Origin: Acidobacteriota bacterium
Lineage (GTDB): Bacteria; Acidobacteriota; Terriglobia; Terriglobales; Acidobacteriaceae
Assembly (NCBI GenBank): GCA_021804965.1
Contig: JAJZGG010000001.1
Span: forward strand, 43,883 to 107,882
DNA: 64,000 nucleotides
Reading direction: 5' to 3'
Shown: positions 51,529 to 61,050 of the stretch, one piece after another
Layout: each line of letters begins with the position of its first letter
How positions within the stretch are numbered: the first letter of the stretch is position 1
Notes under the pieces: generated by a model
Databases searched by the model: none
What the model was told of the DNA's origin: nothing
What the model saw: the letters and a program-made list of their open reading frames with translations, nothing else
Made by a program: the position numbers and the translations under genes

Positions 51529-52938
51529 ATGAGCACCGTGATTCGCTTCGGAACTTCAGGCTGGCGATCCATCATCGCCGAAGACTTTACCGTTGCCAAC
51601 GTGCATCGAGCCGTCGCTGGCATTGCCAGCTATGTTCTGTCGCAGCCGGCCCCGCATCGCGTGCTTGTCGGGCGTGATCCGCGCTTTCTGGGGGAACGTT
51701 TTGTGGAGGAGGCGGCGCGCGTCCTTGCCGCACACGGCATCCAGCCGATTGTGATTGCCGAGCCCGCACCCACGCCGGCTATTGCCTTCGCTGTACGCAC
51801 GCTGAAGACCTCCGGTGCCATCAACTTTACGGCCTCGCACAATCCTCCCGAGTACAACGGAATCAAATTTTCCACCCATGACGGTGCGCCCGCACTGCCT
51901 GAGGTCACAAAGCAGATTGAAGCAGCCATTGCCGCGCAGGGTGATGCTGCCAGCATCCTCCGCCTGGGAGACGACCATCCCCCCTTCGAGACCTACGATG
52001 CCAAGCCGGCCTATCTGCGCCGCATTGCAGAGTTGGTCGATCTGAAGGCGATTGCGCAGTCCGGGCTGCGCGTCGTCTTCGATCCCTTCTGGGGAGCTGC
52101 GCGTGGCTACACGTCGGAACTGCTCGCCTCGCATGGAGTGCCCGTAACCACCGTCCATGACTATCGCGATGTGCTGTTTGGCAATCATGCTCCGGAGCCG
52201 GATGATCATTTGCTGGAAGATGCCCGTGCAGAGATGCGAAAGAGCGGCGCATCCCTGATCATTGCCACGGACGGCGATGCCGACCGTTTTGGCATTGTGG
52301 ATGCGGACGGCACCTTCATCCAGCCGAACTACGTCATTGCATTGCTCTTCGATTATCTGGTGGAAACCCGCGGCTGGCGCAACGGGGTTGCAAAATCCGT
52401 GGCCACAACCAACCTGATCAATGCCCTGGCCGAGCATCACAAGCTTCCTTTGTATGAGACGCCGGTTGGCTTCAAGTACATCGGAGAGCTGATCCTGGCC
52501 GACAAGATCACCATCGGTGGTGAGGAATCCGCGGGACTGACGATCCGCGGGCATGTGCCGGAAAAGGACGGCGTCATTGCCGGACTTCTGGTTGCTGAGA
52601 TGGTCGCTCGACGCGGCAAGTCCCTTGGCCGGCAACTGCAGGAATTATTTGCCAAAGTAGGTTCGTTCTATCCGGTTCGCGAGAACTTTCACTTGACCCA
52701 GCAGGCCAAGGAAGCATTCACTGAGAAATTGAAGGGCGATCCAGATCAGCTTGGCGGCCGCAGGGTGACCCAGGTTGTTCGTACCGACGGTCTGAAGCTG
52801 GTGCTGGAGGATGGCTCCTGGGTTTGCTATCGGCTTTCCGGCACCGAGCCCGTTGTCCGTGCCTACACGGAAGCCCGCAACGCAGAGGATATGGCAGCGC
52901 TGAGCGCCGCTGCCAAGGATTTTGTACTCAGCGCCTGA
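51529..52938 (+). CDS. phosphoglucomutase/phosphomannomutase family protein
   Basis: FGTSGWR, TASHNP, DGDADR, GEESAG, RLSGTEP. Confidence 0.94.
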   Translation: MSTVIRFGTSGWRSIIAEDFTVANVHRAVAGIASYVLSQPAPHRVLVGRDPRFLGERFVEEAARVLAAHGIQPIVIAEPAPTPAIAFAVRTLKTSGAINFTASHNPPEYNGIKFSTHDGAPALPEVTKQIEAAIAAQGDAASILRLGDDHPPFETYDAKPAYLRRIAELVDLKAIAQSGLRVVFDPFWGAARGYTSELLASHGVPVTTVHDYRDVLFGNHAPEPDDHLLEDARAEMRKSGASLIIATDGDADRFGIVDADGTFIQPNYVIALLFDYLVETRGWRNGVAKSVATTNLINALAEHHKLPLYETPVGFKYIGELILADKITIGGEESAGLTIRGHVPEKDGVIAGLLVAEMVARRGKSLGRQLQELFAKVGSFYPVRENFHLTQQAKEAFTEKLKGDPDQLGGRRVTQVVRTDGLKLVLEDGSWVCYRLSGTEPVVRAYTEARNAEDMAALSAAAKDFVLSA

Positions 52939-52987
52939 GCAATCAAAGATCAGAAGAATCAAGGATCGGCAAAGGATACGACGGATC

Positions 52988-53437
52988 ATGGGGACTCACC
53001 ACAGCACGCAAATCGATGCCCGTTTTCCCGAGTCCGATCCAAGGGTTGCCCCGGAGAATGCTGTGGCAGTGCAGGATGATCTGCGCTGGATGGAACGCGC
53101 GGCAAAACTGCTTCGAGACAAGGCGCGAATCGCAGGCTCCGCCGGTCTGATTCTGATTGCGCTGCTTCTGGCCTGGGATGTGATTTATGGTCAGAACGGA
53201 CTGTCCGCATGGAGCACGAAACGCGCGCATGACCACCAGCTGACACAGGAAATCCAGCAGTTAAAGCAGGAAAACGACACGCTGAGCCATCACATTCAGC
53301 GACTGCAGGACGATCCCGCAACGATTGAATTCCAAGCCCGGCAAAACCTGCACTATGCCCGTCCGAACGAAGTCATCTACGCGCTGCCCGCCTCGCAGAC
53401 CTCTTCGCAGGCTCAGGACTCCAGCTCTGCGCGTTGA
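52988..53437 (+). CDS. septum formation initiator (FtsB/DivIC family)
   Basis: Single TM helix, G.NG, coiled coil, DP..IE..AR..L.Y..P.E. Confidence 0.85.
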   Translation: MGTHHSTQIDARFPESDPRVAPENAVAVQDDLRWMERAAKLLRDKARIAGSAGLILIALLLAWDVIYGQNGLSAWSTKRAHDHQLTQEIQQLKQENDTLSHHIQRLQDDPATIEFQARQNLHYARPNEVIYALPASQTSSQAQDSSSAR

Positions 53438-53470
53438 TCGGCTGCAGGGGTTGCCTACGCGCGTAGCAAG

Positions 53471-55306
53471 TCATCCGTGACGACTGCGGATACAGTTTCG
53501 ACCCGCACGCTTGGCATCGTAGAGCGCAGCGTCTGCGGCACGAATCAGCTCGCGTGGGGAATGTCCGGAAGCAGCCACGCGCTGCGCCACACCGATGGAA
53601 ACTGTCACCGCCTGATTCTGCAAACTCCCACGCAGAATTTCACTGTTGGCCACTGAAAATCGAATTCGTTCCGCAATGGATTCGGCAGTGTGCATGTCTG
53701 CGCCAGGCAGAATCACGGCAAACTCCTCACCACCATAGCGCGCCGCATAGTCTGATGGCCTGCGAATGCACTGGCTGATCAGGCGGGCAAGCCGCCGCAG
53801 GCATTCATCGCCGGCAAGATGGCCATGCATATCATTAAAGGTCTTGAAATTGTCGGCGTCGATCATCAGCACCGCCATGACCGATCCCTCTTCCACCGTC
53901 TGGTTCCAGATCCGCTCCAGCACTTCTTCAAATCCACGACGGTTGCCCAGGCTGGTTAATTCGTCGGTCAATGCAAGATTTTCCGCTCGCTGCACCGCGG
54001 CAGCCAGTTCCTGATCGCGCATCACGCGTGCGGTCACATCGCGAACGATTGCCACCACCTCACGCATCTCTTCGCCGACTTCGTCGCGCACCGCTCGTGC
54101 CTTCAGCTCCATCCAGCGATATCCGCCATCCTGATGCTCCATGCGAATCTGAATCAGTTGACGCTCTGTCCCGTTGCGCAAGGCTTGCATCATCTCATCC
54201 GCACGTTCCTTGTCCTCGGGATGAACATAGGTGCAGGCCATTTCCCCGACCATCTCTTCCGGCTTACGGTTCAGGGCCTCCTGAATGCTGGGAGACACAT
54301 AACTGCAACGTCCGGAGGCATCCATCTGCAGGATCACATCCCAGGAGTTATCCGCCAGATTGCGGTATCGTTCTTCGCTTTTCTGCAGATCGTCCCGCAG
54401 TTTTTTCTGCCGCATCAGCGAGAGGGAAATCAGATAGACCATCGCCAGCTGGATCATCAGATATCCCTGCAGGATGAACAGTCGCGTGGTCTTGTCGTGG
54501 AAGGCATTCACCCCGAACATGCCCGAGGCATCCAGGGCATAGTGCGTCAATGGAATGGCCATGAGCATGGCGCCCAGTGCTGCTCCAAAAAGTCCCAGAC
54601 GGAAGGTGACAAACACCAGGAGAGGAAAATCAAGAAACAGCAACGGAATGCGCTGCGGGGAATTCAACAGGAAATTCGGAGTTGCCGCCAACGCCAGGGT
54701 CAACAGTGTTGCAGGTATCCTTCGCGATTGGAAGTGTTCCAATGTTTCTGCACGGATCGTCATCAGCACCAGCGGAGTCATCAGAAATAGTCCAAGACTG
54801 TCTCCCATCCACCAGGAGCGGAAAAAGGAGATGCTCCGTAACTGAGCATCCCAAATACCTCCAATCGACATCATCAGAAGACCGGAAATCACCGGGGAAA
54901 TCAGGCACATTCCGATAAAGGGGAGCAACTGTCGGGGATGCGTCAGGTTTGCCCTGCCAGGCAATAAGCGGCGCAACGGAAACACAGCCACGCCAACTTC
55001 AATCACATTGGCCAGGGAGTAGAATATTGCGACAAAAATCGAGGGATAGAAATAAAGATGGACGACAATACTGATCGCAGCCTGCATGGCAATCAGTACA
55101 GGCCAGCGCCGCTTGGGAGCGATGAGCAGAAAACCAAGCAGCAAGCCATTCGTGGGCCAGAACAACGAAAACCCTTCCGGGCCATTGAGCCAGAGACTGA
55201 CCGCACTGGCGATCAGAAATAGCACGCTTGCAATGATCATCATCCGCCAGGCAAATGCCTGCCGGGCGCGACCGGGAATCTCGGAGTGCGATATCGTTTC
55301 GTCCAT
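53471..55306 (-). CDS. diguanylate cyclase (MASE1-PAS-GGDEF)
   Basis: FWPTNG and WWMGD..G MASE1 helices; PAS VHPED; TDELTSLGNRR, D.DNFK.FND..GH..GD; I-site RPSD five residues before GGEEF. Confidence 0.92.
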   Translation of the reverse strand: MDETISHSEIPGRARQAFAWRMMIIASVLFLIASAVSLWLNGPEGFSLFWPTNGLLLGFLLIAPKRRWPVLIAMQAAISIVVHLYFYPSIFVAIFYSLANVIEVGVAVFPLRRLLPGRANLTHPRQLLPFIGMCLISPVISGLLMMSIGGIWDAQLRSISFFRSWWMGDSLGLFLMTPLVLMTIRAETLEHFQSRRIPATLLTLALAATPNFLLNSPQRIPLLFLDFPLLVFVTFRLGLFGAALGAMLMAIPLTHYALDASGMFGVNAFHDKTTRLFILQGYLMIQLAMVYLISLSLMRQKKLRDDLQKSEERYRNLADNSWDVILQMDASGRCSYVSPSIQEALNRKPEEMVGEMACTYVHPEDKERADEMMQALRNGTERQLIQIRMEHQDGGYRWMELKARAVRDEVGEEMREVVAIVRDVTARVMRDQELAAAVQRAENLALTDELTSLGNRRGFEEVLERIWNQTVEEGSVMAVLMIDADNFKTFNDMHGHLAGDECLRRLARLISQCIRRPSDYAARYGGEEFAVILPGADMHTAESIAERIRFSVANSEILRGSLQNQAVTVSIGVAQRVAASGHSPRELIRAADAALYDAKRAGRNCIRSRHG

Positions 55307-55421
55307 GATGCAGCAGTGCCGCCTGCGCAGTTCCTGATCTGGGAAAGTAGGAAACTCTTGTATCTACTTTAGACGACAAGGTTCAGTTCAGCCGTAACAC
55401 GTTTGTGCTACCGGAACAGAA

Positions 55422-56039
55422 TTAGGAACCGGTTGATCCCGCTTTGGGCACGGAGGCGGTCTTCAACTGACGTACCTCTTCCTGAAGAGCATCCAATTTT
55501 TGAAGCAGCTCCACATGGTTCCGGTCGACGGTTGTGGGCAGATTCGCTTCGATATAAAAAGTTCCATTCGGTTCCAGCTGGCAAAGCGCCACCTGATCCA
55601 GGCTGGCAAAGCCCTGCCGATGCAGAACGGACATCAGATCTTCGACCGTGAGGGATTCCCGGCGCAGCGCGGCATGATTCAGCCGCCCGTGGCGAACAAG
55701 AATTGTGGAGCGACCTTCCAGCGCATGCGTCAGCCTGCGGGATCGAAAGAGAATTCGCGCCACGATCCAATTCACGCTGAGCAGCGCAACAGCGCCCATC
55801 AGTCCACCCGTCACCGTGTTGTCGTTGCCAATGATGGCATTCTGAACCGTGTTCGAGAGGCTGAGCAAGACAACCAGATCAAAAGGGTTCAGCTGTGCCA
55901 ATTCCCGCTTGCCAAACAGGCGCAAGAGAACCACGAGTGCAAGATAAACAATGACGGGACGAAGCAGTTTTTCAACCCATGGAACCTGTAGCGGAAACAT
56001 GTTGTTCCAGGCCTGAGACCAGTCCATTGAATGCACCAT
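55422..56039 (-). CDS. DUF421 (YetF-like) membrane protein
   Basis: RLFGKRELAQL..FD.V, LEG....LV..G, LEPNG; AAGGAGG RBS. Confidence 0.85.
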   Translation of the reverse strand: MVHSMDWSQAWNNMFPLQVPWVEKLLRPVIVYLALVVLLRLFGKRELAQLNPFDLVVLLSLSNTVQNAIIGNDNTVTGGLMGAVALLSVNWIVARILFRSRRLTHALEGRSTILVRHGRLNHAALRRESLTVEDLMSVLHRQGFASLDQVALCQLEPNGTFYIEANLPTTVDRNHVELLQKLDALQEEVRQLKTASVPKAGSTGS

Positions 56040-56072
56040 GCACACTTCCTCCTTGTTGCATCCGAATCCGTT

Positions 56073-56119
56073 CCGAAAACAAAACAGCCACCCCTTGGGA
56101 GGTGGCTGTTTTGTTTCGG
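56073..56119 (-). terminator. intrinsic terminator downstream of fba
   Basis: 16-bp stem AAACAAAACAGCCACC / GGTGGCTGTTTTGTTT with U-rich tail, just after the fba stop. Confidence 0.8.
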
Positions 56120-56132
56120 GTATCGAGTCAGC

Positions 56133-57182
56133 TTAGCGACCAGCCACAAGCGGCTGCGTGCTCAGCGAGCCGTCCTTGTATCCCTGTGCCATCTCCGCCA
56201 CCGACTTCTGAACATAGTCCGTGGCATGGCCAGCCTGACCGAACTGCGTCATCCGCTCGGCAACCAGCTTCTTCATCGCATCCCGCGCCGGCTTCATGTA
56301 ATCCCGCGGATCAAACTTCTCCGGAGACTCGGCAAACACCTTGCGGATTGCACCCGTGATTGCCAGACGGTTGTCGGTGTCCACATTGATCTTGCGAACG
56401 CCATTACGGATGCCCAGCTGAATCTCTTCCACGGGAACGCCCCAGGTCTCCTTCAGGTGGCCGCCATACTGGTTCACAATCTCCTGCAGGTCCTTCGGCA
56501 CTGAAGAGCTGCCATGCATCACCAGATGCGTCTTGGGCAGACGCTTGTGAATCTCCATCAGGATGTCCATCTTCAGCACGGAGCCATCCGGCTTCTTGCT
56601 GAACTTGTAGGCGCCATGGCTGGTTCCAATCGCAATCGCCAAAGCGTCCACGCCCGTCCGCTCGGCAAACTCCACCGCCTGATCCGGATCCGTGACATGC
56701 TCCAGGCCGGTGCCGCCTGCACCATGCCCATCTTCAATTCCGCCCAGAACACCGATCTCGCCCTCAACCGTTACGCCGCGCTCGTGGGCATATTCCACAA
56801 CCCGACGCGTGACTTCCACATTCTCCTCAAAGTCGGTCGGCGTCTTGCCATCGGCCTTCAGCGAGCCGTCCATCATCACGCTGGTAAAGCCCAGCTCAAT
56901 GGCGCTCTTGCAGGTCTCAAAGCTGTTGCCGTGATCCTGATGCATCGCAATCGGAATCTCCGGATACAGTTCGGCTGCAGCCAGCATCAGGTGGTAGAGA
57001 TAGCGATCCTGCGCGTACTGGCGTGCGCCGCGGCTGGCCTGAATGATCACCGGCGAATTCGTTTCCTTCGCCGCTTCCATGATGGCCTGAATCTGCTCCA
57101 TGTTGTTTACATTGAATGCACCGACGCCATATCCACCCTTTGCAGCTTCATCCAGGAGTTGACGCATGGTTACCAGAGGCAT
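56133..57182 (-). CDS. fba: class II fructose-bisphosphate aldolase
   Basis: [49 protein letters not shown]. Confidence 0.96.
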   Translation of the reverse strand: MPLVTMRQLLDEAAKGGYGVGAFNVNNMEQIQAIMEAAKETNSPVIIQASRGARQYAQDRYLYHLMLAAAELYPEIPIAMHQDHGNSFETCKSAIELGFTSVMMDGSLKADGKTPTDFEENVEVTRRVVEYAHERGVTVEGEIGVLGGIEDGHGAGGTGLEHVTDPDQAVEFAERTGVDALAIAIGTSHGAYKFSKKPDGSVLKMDILMEIHKRLPKTHLVMHGSSSVPKDLQEIVNQYGGHLKETWGVPVEEIQLGIRNGVRKINVDTDNRLAITGAIRKVFAESPEKFDPRDYMKPARDAMKKLVAERMTQFGQAGHATDYVQKSVAEMAQGYKDGSLSTQPLVAGR

Positions 57183-57334
57183 AGTTTTAATCTCCTTCGC
57201 GTGTGCTGTTCCACAGGGTCCGTTCCGCTTTTGATCGCTGATGGCGCAGGGTTTGCAGCGCGGAGCCGGCAGAAGCAATCAGCTTCATGGTATCAGACAT
57301 ACGGGCTTGTGCACGGCGCAAAGCGGCAGGTTTT

Positions 57335-57526
57335 TCAGCAGCAATTCACGCGCCGCGCCCACTCCTCGGCCTCCCGCTCGGCAGCCTCGCGCTCTTCTTC
57401 GGTCATCGTGGCAGCGTCGGCACGGCTGGCCTTGGCGCTCAGATACCGTTGTTTCGGTTCCTCGACATTGCCGCTGCCGGCATCTGCGATTTCAGTTGAA
57501 TTGCAAGGTCTCACAGGATCGCTCAT
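57335..57526 (-). CDS. small hypothetical protein (63 aa) translationally coupled to nadA
   Basis: ATGA overlap with the nadA stop; GGAGG 4 nt upstream; acidic helix ending in NCC. Confidence 0.55.
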   Translation of the reverse strand: MSDPVRPCNSTEIADAGSGNVEEPKQRYLSAKASRADAATMTEEEREAAEREAEEWARRVNCC

Positions 57527-58668
57527 CCCACCTCCAGCATTCGATCCAGCGCCACGCGGGCCCAGTGGCGCACCCCGGCTGGTACCGTGATTCGATTGAC
57601 CACTCGTCCCTCCACCAGATTCTCCAGGGACCAGGCCAGGTGCTGCGGACTGATGCGATACATCGTCGTGCACAAACACCCCGTCTCGTCCAGGGTCATC
57701 ACGCGCTTTCCCTGCTGCCGGAAGCGCGCTGCCAGTCGGTTCACCAGGTGGATCTCCGTCCCAATTGCAAAGCTGCTCCCTACCTCCGCCTCTTCCACCA
57801 TGCGAATCAGCTGCTCCGTGGAACCCACGGCATCTGCCTTCCGGCATACCTCCCAGCGACACTCCGGATGGACAATAACGCGAATTCCAGCGTGACGCTC
57901 GCGCACCAGATCCACCTGCTGCGGCAGAAATCGCTGATGCACCGAACAATGCCCCTTCCAGAGCAGGATGCGCGCCTGCTGGAGCGCATCGCCAGTCAGC
58001 CCGCCCTGCGGCAGCCAGGGGTCCCATACCGGCATTTCGCGTGGCTCCAGCCCCATCGTCATGCCGGTGTTGCGCCCCAGGTGCTGATCCGGCAGAAAGA
58101 GGATCCGCTGCCCCCGCTCCATGGCCCAGGCAAATGCCCGCTGCGCGTTGGAGGAGGTGCAGACCAGCCCGCCCCGCTCCCCGCAAAAGGCCTTGATCGC
58201 CGCCGTCGAATTCATATACGTGAGCGGAATCAATCCACGCGTCACGCCCGCCCGTTCCAGCTGCTCCCAGCAGGCTTCCACCTGGGTAATCTCGGCCATG
58301 TCCGCCATCGAACAGCCCGCATTCAGATCCGGCAGAATCACCTGCTGCAGGGCATTGCCCGCTGCGTCCCGACGCGCCAGAACATCCGCACTCTCAGCCA
58401 TGAAATGCACGCCGCAGAAAACGATGAATTCGGCTTCGGTGCGAGTGGCCGCCTGCGCCAGTTTGTAGCTGTCGCCTGTCACATCGGCAAATGCAATCAC
58501 TTCATCCCGCTGGTAGTGATGCCCCAGCACCACAACACGCTTGCCCAGCCGTGCCCGCGCCTCACGGATGCGATCCGCGGCTGCCGGATCCGACTCCTCC
58601 AGATAAGGCTCAAGGTCGCACATTGCCGTTGTCCCAATCACGGGCAACTCTTCGATTCCTGTTTCCAT
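57523..58668 (-). CDS. nadA: quinolinate synthase
   Basis: LGHHYQ, GDS, FCGVHFMAE, GCSMAD, YMNS, CTSSNA, PDQHLG, CSVH, HPEC, GST, C.TM. Confidence 0.95.
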   Translation of the reverse strand: METGIEELPVIGTTAMCDLEPYLEESDPAAADRIREARARLGKRVVVLGHHYQRDEVIAFADVTGDSYKLAQAATRTEAEFIVFCGVHFMAESADVLARRDAAGNALQQVILPDLNAGCSMADMAEITQVEACWEQLERAGVTRGLIPLTYMNSTAAIKAFCGERGGLVCTSSNAQRAFAWAMERGQRILFLPDQHLGRNTGMTMGLEPREMPVWDPWLPQGGLTGDALQQARILLWKGHCSVHQRFLPQQVDLVRERHAGIRVIVHPECRWEVCRKADAVGSTEQLIRMVEEAEVGSSFAIGTEIHLVNRLAARFRQQGKRVMTLDETGCLCTTMYRISPQHLAWSLENLVEGRVVNRITVPAGVRHWARVALDRMLEVG

Positions 58669-58677
58669 CTCAATTCC

Positions 58678-58798
58678 GCCTTCAGTCTGCGCAATCCTGT
58701 TCACGGATGACAGACGGTGATGTTGAAAGCCTTGCGCGCTGCAGCGGACTCGCTCCGACTCCCTATCCTTGTCGGCCAGTCCACGGGGATGTTGCAGC
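58678..58798 (-). ncRNA. NAD+-I riboswitch (nadA motif), two tandem domains
   Basis: Domain 1: GCUGCA-ACAUCCCC-GUGGACU-GG-CCGAC...GUCGG-AGCG-AGUCCGC-UGCAGC. Domain 2: GCUUUCA-ACAUCACC-GUCUG..AUCC...GGAU-UGCG-CAGAC-UGAAGGC, ending 9 nt before the nadA ATG. Confidence 0.9.
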
Positions 58799-58842
58799 TC
58801 CAAACCTGCATGGCGTTGTGGATTCGCCATGCGCTTCCCATT

Positions 58843-58871
58843 AGTGTAAGCGGATTTCGGAGCTCCGTCAC
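58843..58871 (-). promoter_or_regulatory. putative sigma70 promoter for the nadA leader
   Basis: GTGACG-17 nt-TACACT on the minus strand, upstream of the riboswitch. Confidence 0.5.
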
Positions 58872-58980
58872 GAAGCCGGCTACCCATGCCGGCCAATCCC
58901 CCGGCTTCACACCTGCGGCAAACAGAACTTCCCTTGCCCGCGCACTGGAGACAAATTCACCCCCACCCCACCCCCACCCT

Positions 58981-59009
58981 TTGACGCCATCGACGCACTT
59001 TGTTATTTT
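58981..59009 (+). promoter_or_regulatory. putative sigma70 promoter for tRNA-Asn
   Basis: TTGACG-17 nt-TATTTT. Confidence 0.5.
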
Positions 59010-59036
59010 GAAAGAGTCGCCCTCAACGACAGGCAT

Positions 59037-59112
<76 letters not shown>

Positions 59113-59116
59113 TAAA

Positions 59117-60418
59117 TCAAGCACTTACAACCTCCCTTCCTTCAGTGCTTGGTCCAAGTTGGTCCAATTGCGACTCGACCTTGACGCTTCTCCTCTTCGG
59201 AGCCGCACCGTTGATCGCTGCTACTTTCCCATCCAGGATTGCTGGTTTCCAGTCCGCGAGGATCTCCATCGTTCGTGAGTTCATCGCGTTCAGGACACTC
59301 GTTTCAATCGTCTGCACGTAGACATCTCCAGTCGTCTTGATGCTCGCGTGGCGTAGAGCCCCTTGAGCATCCTTCAGCGTGCCGTGGTGCTGAAGATTGG
59401 TTCCCAAGGTCCGCCGCATCACCTGGAACGTGACGAGGCTTTCCGGGATTTCCAACCTCTTGGCAATCGGACGAACCCTCCAGCGGAGGAAGTTCTTCCC
59501 CCAGCGCGGCACGGCCTGCCCCTTTCGCTCCCCACGCCCGAAGGTCGGAAACATGAGCGCGTCGGGTGACGAGTCGGGACTCATCTTCTTCCAGGCCTCG
59601 ATAACCGGCCGCACCTGCTCCGGAACACCGATCGGCGCCCGGCTGGACTGGTTCTTGAACCGGCCGGGATAGAAGCGCCCCTCGAATGCCGTACCGTGCG
59701 GAACCAGCGTCGTCCCCGTCCAGGACTTCCACTGCAGGCCGAGAACTTCGCTCGCCCGAGGTCCGCAGAAAATCCCGATGTAAATCAGACACAGATCGTG
59801 CAGGTCCTGAATGCCGCCGATGAGCTTTAGAATCTGGTCCTGGCTCATTACCGGCTTCTCAACAGGTTTGGTGTCTGGCATAGTCACGTCTTCTGCGGGA
59901 TCGTCCGCAAGGAACTTCAGCTTTCTTGCTATCAGCAGGATCGATCGGATGTTGATGTAGCAGTGGCGAACCACCGAATGGGAGTACTTCGTTGCTAACT
60001 GGTTGAGCCAGACCTGGATTTCAAACAGGCCCAGCTGGTTCAGCGGAATCCGCCCAAAGTGCTCCACCAGATAGTGCTTGATCTCGAAAGTATTGATCTT
60101 CTTGTAGGCCGGGCTCCAGGTACCCTCCCGCATCGGCAAGTACCGCTCCTCGACGAACCATCGAAACGTGACGCTTTCGTCGGGAACGATGCCGGGTGTG
60201 ACTTTTGCTGGGGTCCCAGTCTCCTTCAAGATCAGCGCGTGCAGCATCTGCTCCGCCTTCCATTTTGGCGTGCCAGCTTTTGGGCAGAGAGGAACGTTGC
60301 GCCGCTTCCCAACCTCCTTTCCTTCTTCGTTTCGCAAGTACACGGTGTACTTGCCGTACCACATCTTCACCTTCTGCCCTCTCGGGTAGACGGTGCCCTT
60401 CTGATACTTCATTGCCAT
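59117..60418 (-). CDS. tyrosine recombinase/integrase
   Basis: Basic N-terminal arm-binding-like region; GPRASEVLGL (R), FKN (K), FQVMRRT (HxxR position), LRHAS, TTGDVY (Y); AGGAG RBS. Confidence 0.9.
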   Translation of the reverse strand: MAMKYQKGTVYPRGQKVKMWYGKYTVYLRNEEGKEVGKRRNVPLCPKAGTPKWKAEQMLHALILKETGTPAKVTPGIVPDESVTFRWFVEERYLPMREGTWSPAYKKINTFEIKHYLVEHFGRIPLNQLGLFEIQVWLNQLATKYSHSVVRHCYINIRSILLIARKLKFLADDPAEDVTMPDTKPVEKPVMSQDQILKLIGGIQDLHDLCLIYIGIFCGPRASEVLGLQWKSWTGTTLVPHGTAFEGRFYPGRFKNQSSRAPIGVPEQVRPVIEAWKKMSPDSSPDALMFPTFGRGERKGQAVPRWGKNFLRWRVRPIAKRLEIPESLVTFQVMRRTLGTNLQHHGTLKDAQGALRHASIKTTGDVYVQTIETSVLNAMNSRTMEILADWKPAILDGKVAAINGAAPKRRSVKVESQLDQLGPSTEGREVVSA

Positions 60419-60470
60419 GGCTGTTCTCCTGTAGCCCGGCACCTTTCCCTGATCGTGGAGAACAATTCCT

Positions 60471-60746
60471 TCATACACCACTACGGCGTCCGGGGAAAGA
60501 GCTAGTGGTATTCAGTTCCTGCATGAAGGCTTCAACGTCCCGTCTGCGATACCGCATCAGCAGGCCGAGCTTAACGCCGCGGATTCGTGGCGACCGCCGC
60601 GTAGTGTGGTCCCTGACCCAACGCTCGGAGACACCAAGCCTCACGGCAACTTGTCGGGCGTTCAATAGAGGCTCATCATCGGCGTCCGATGAAGTGGAAG
60701 GCGTTTCTTCCAAGGGATAGCGATTCTGCAGAATTGATGCGGCCAT
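60471..60746 (-). CDS. excisionase-like HTH DNA-binding protein
   Basis: LLNARQVAVRLGVSERWV...I..VKLG...RY....V..F (Xis/HTH_17-like); GAGGTG RBS; directly upstream of int. Confidence 0.8.
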   Translation of the reverse strand: MAASILQNRYPLEETPSTSSDADDEPLLNARQVAVRLGVSERWVRDHTTRRSPRIRGVKLGLLMRYRRRDVEAFMQELNTTSSFPGRRSGV

Positions 60747-61050
60747 AAATCACCTCGATTAGGGGAGATTGAAGGAGGCGCGCTCCGCCGGAGTTGAGAT
60801 GTCCGAGCGGTTTTGCCCCGTCTTTTCATCAGCGTCTGCCGAAGCTGCTCCACTGTCCAAGACTTCTCACCTATGGCGCCATAGGTCGGACCGATTGTAG
60901 ATTTGCGCGCAGTCCGCTCAGGTCACCAAAAAGTGACCTATTGACGCCGATGATTCGTCACCGCAACCTGAGATCGACACGTATTCGCGAACGAAGTACA
61001 GCAAGACCCTTTTGAAGTCTCTGCCCTGGTTCCCCATGGAGGTCGTGGGC

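Noticed and set aside
1321-58710. Many long antisense or overlapping ORFs (e.g. 3156-4988, 12126-14369, 14438-16747, 18298-20493, 22445-24787, 27693-30215, 41862-43763, 57241-58710)
   Set aside because: They shadow well-supported genes on the opposite strand, lack family motifs and are expected from high-GC codon bias
60662-60853. 63-aa minus-strand ORF upstream of xis
   Set aside because: Overlaps xis out of frame, has no clear RBS and no recognisable motif
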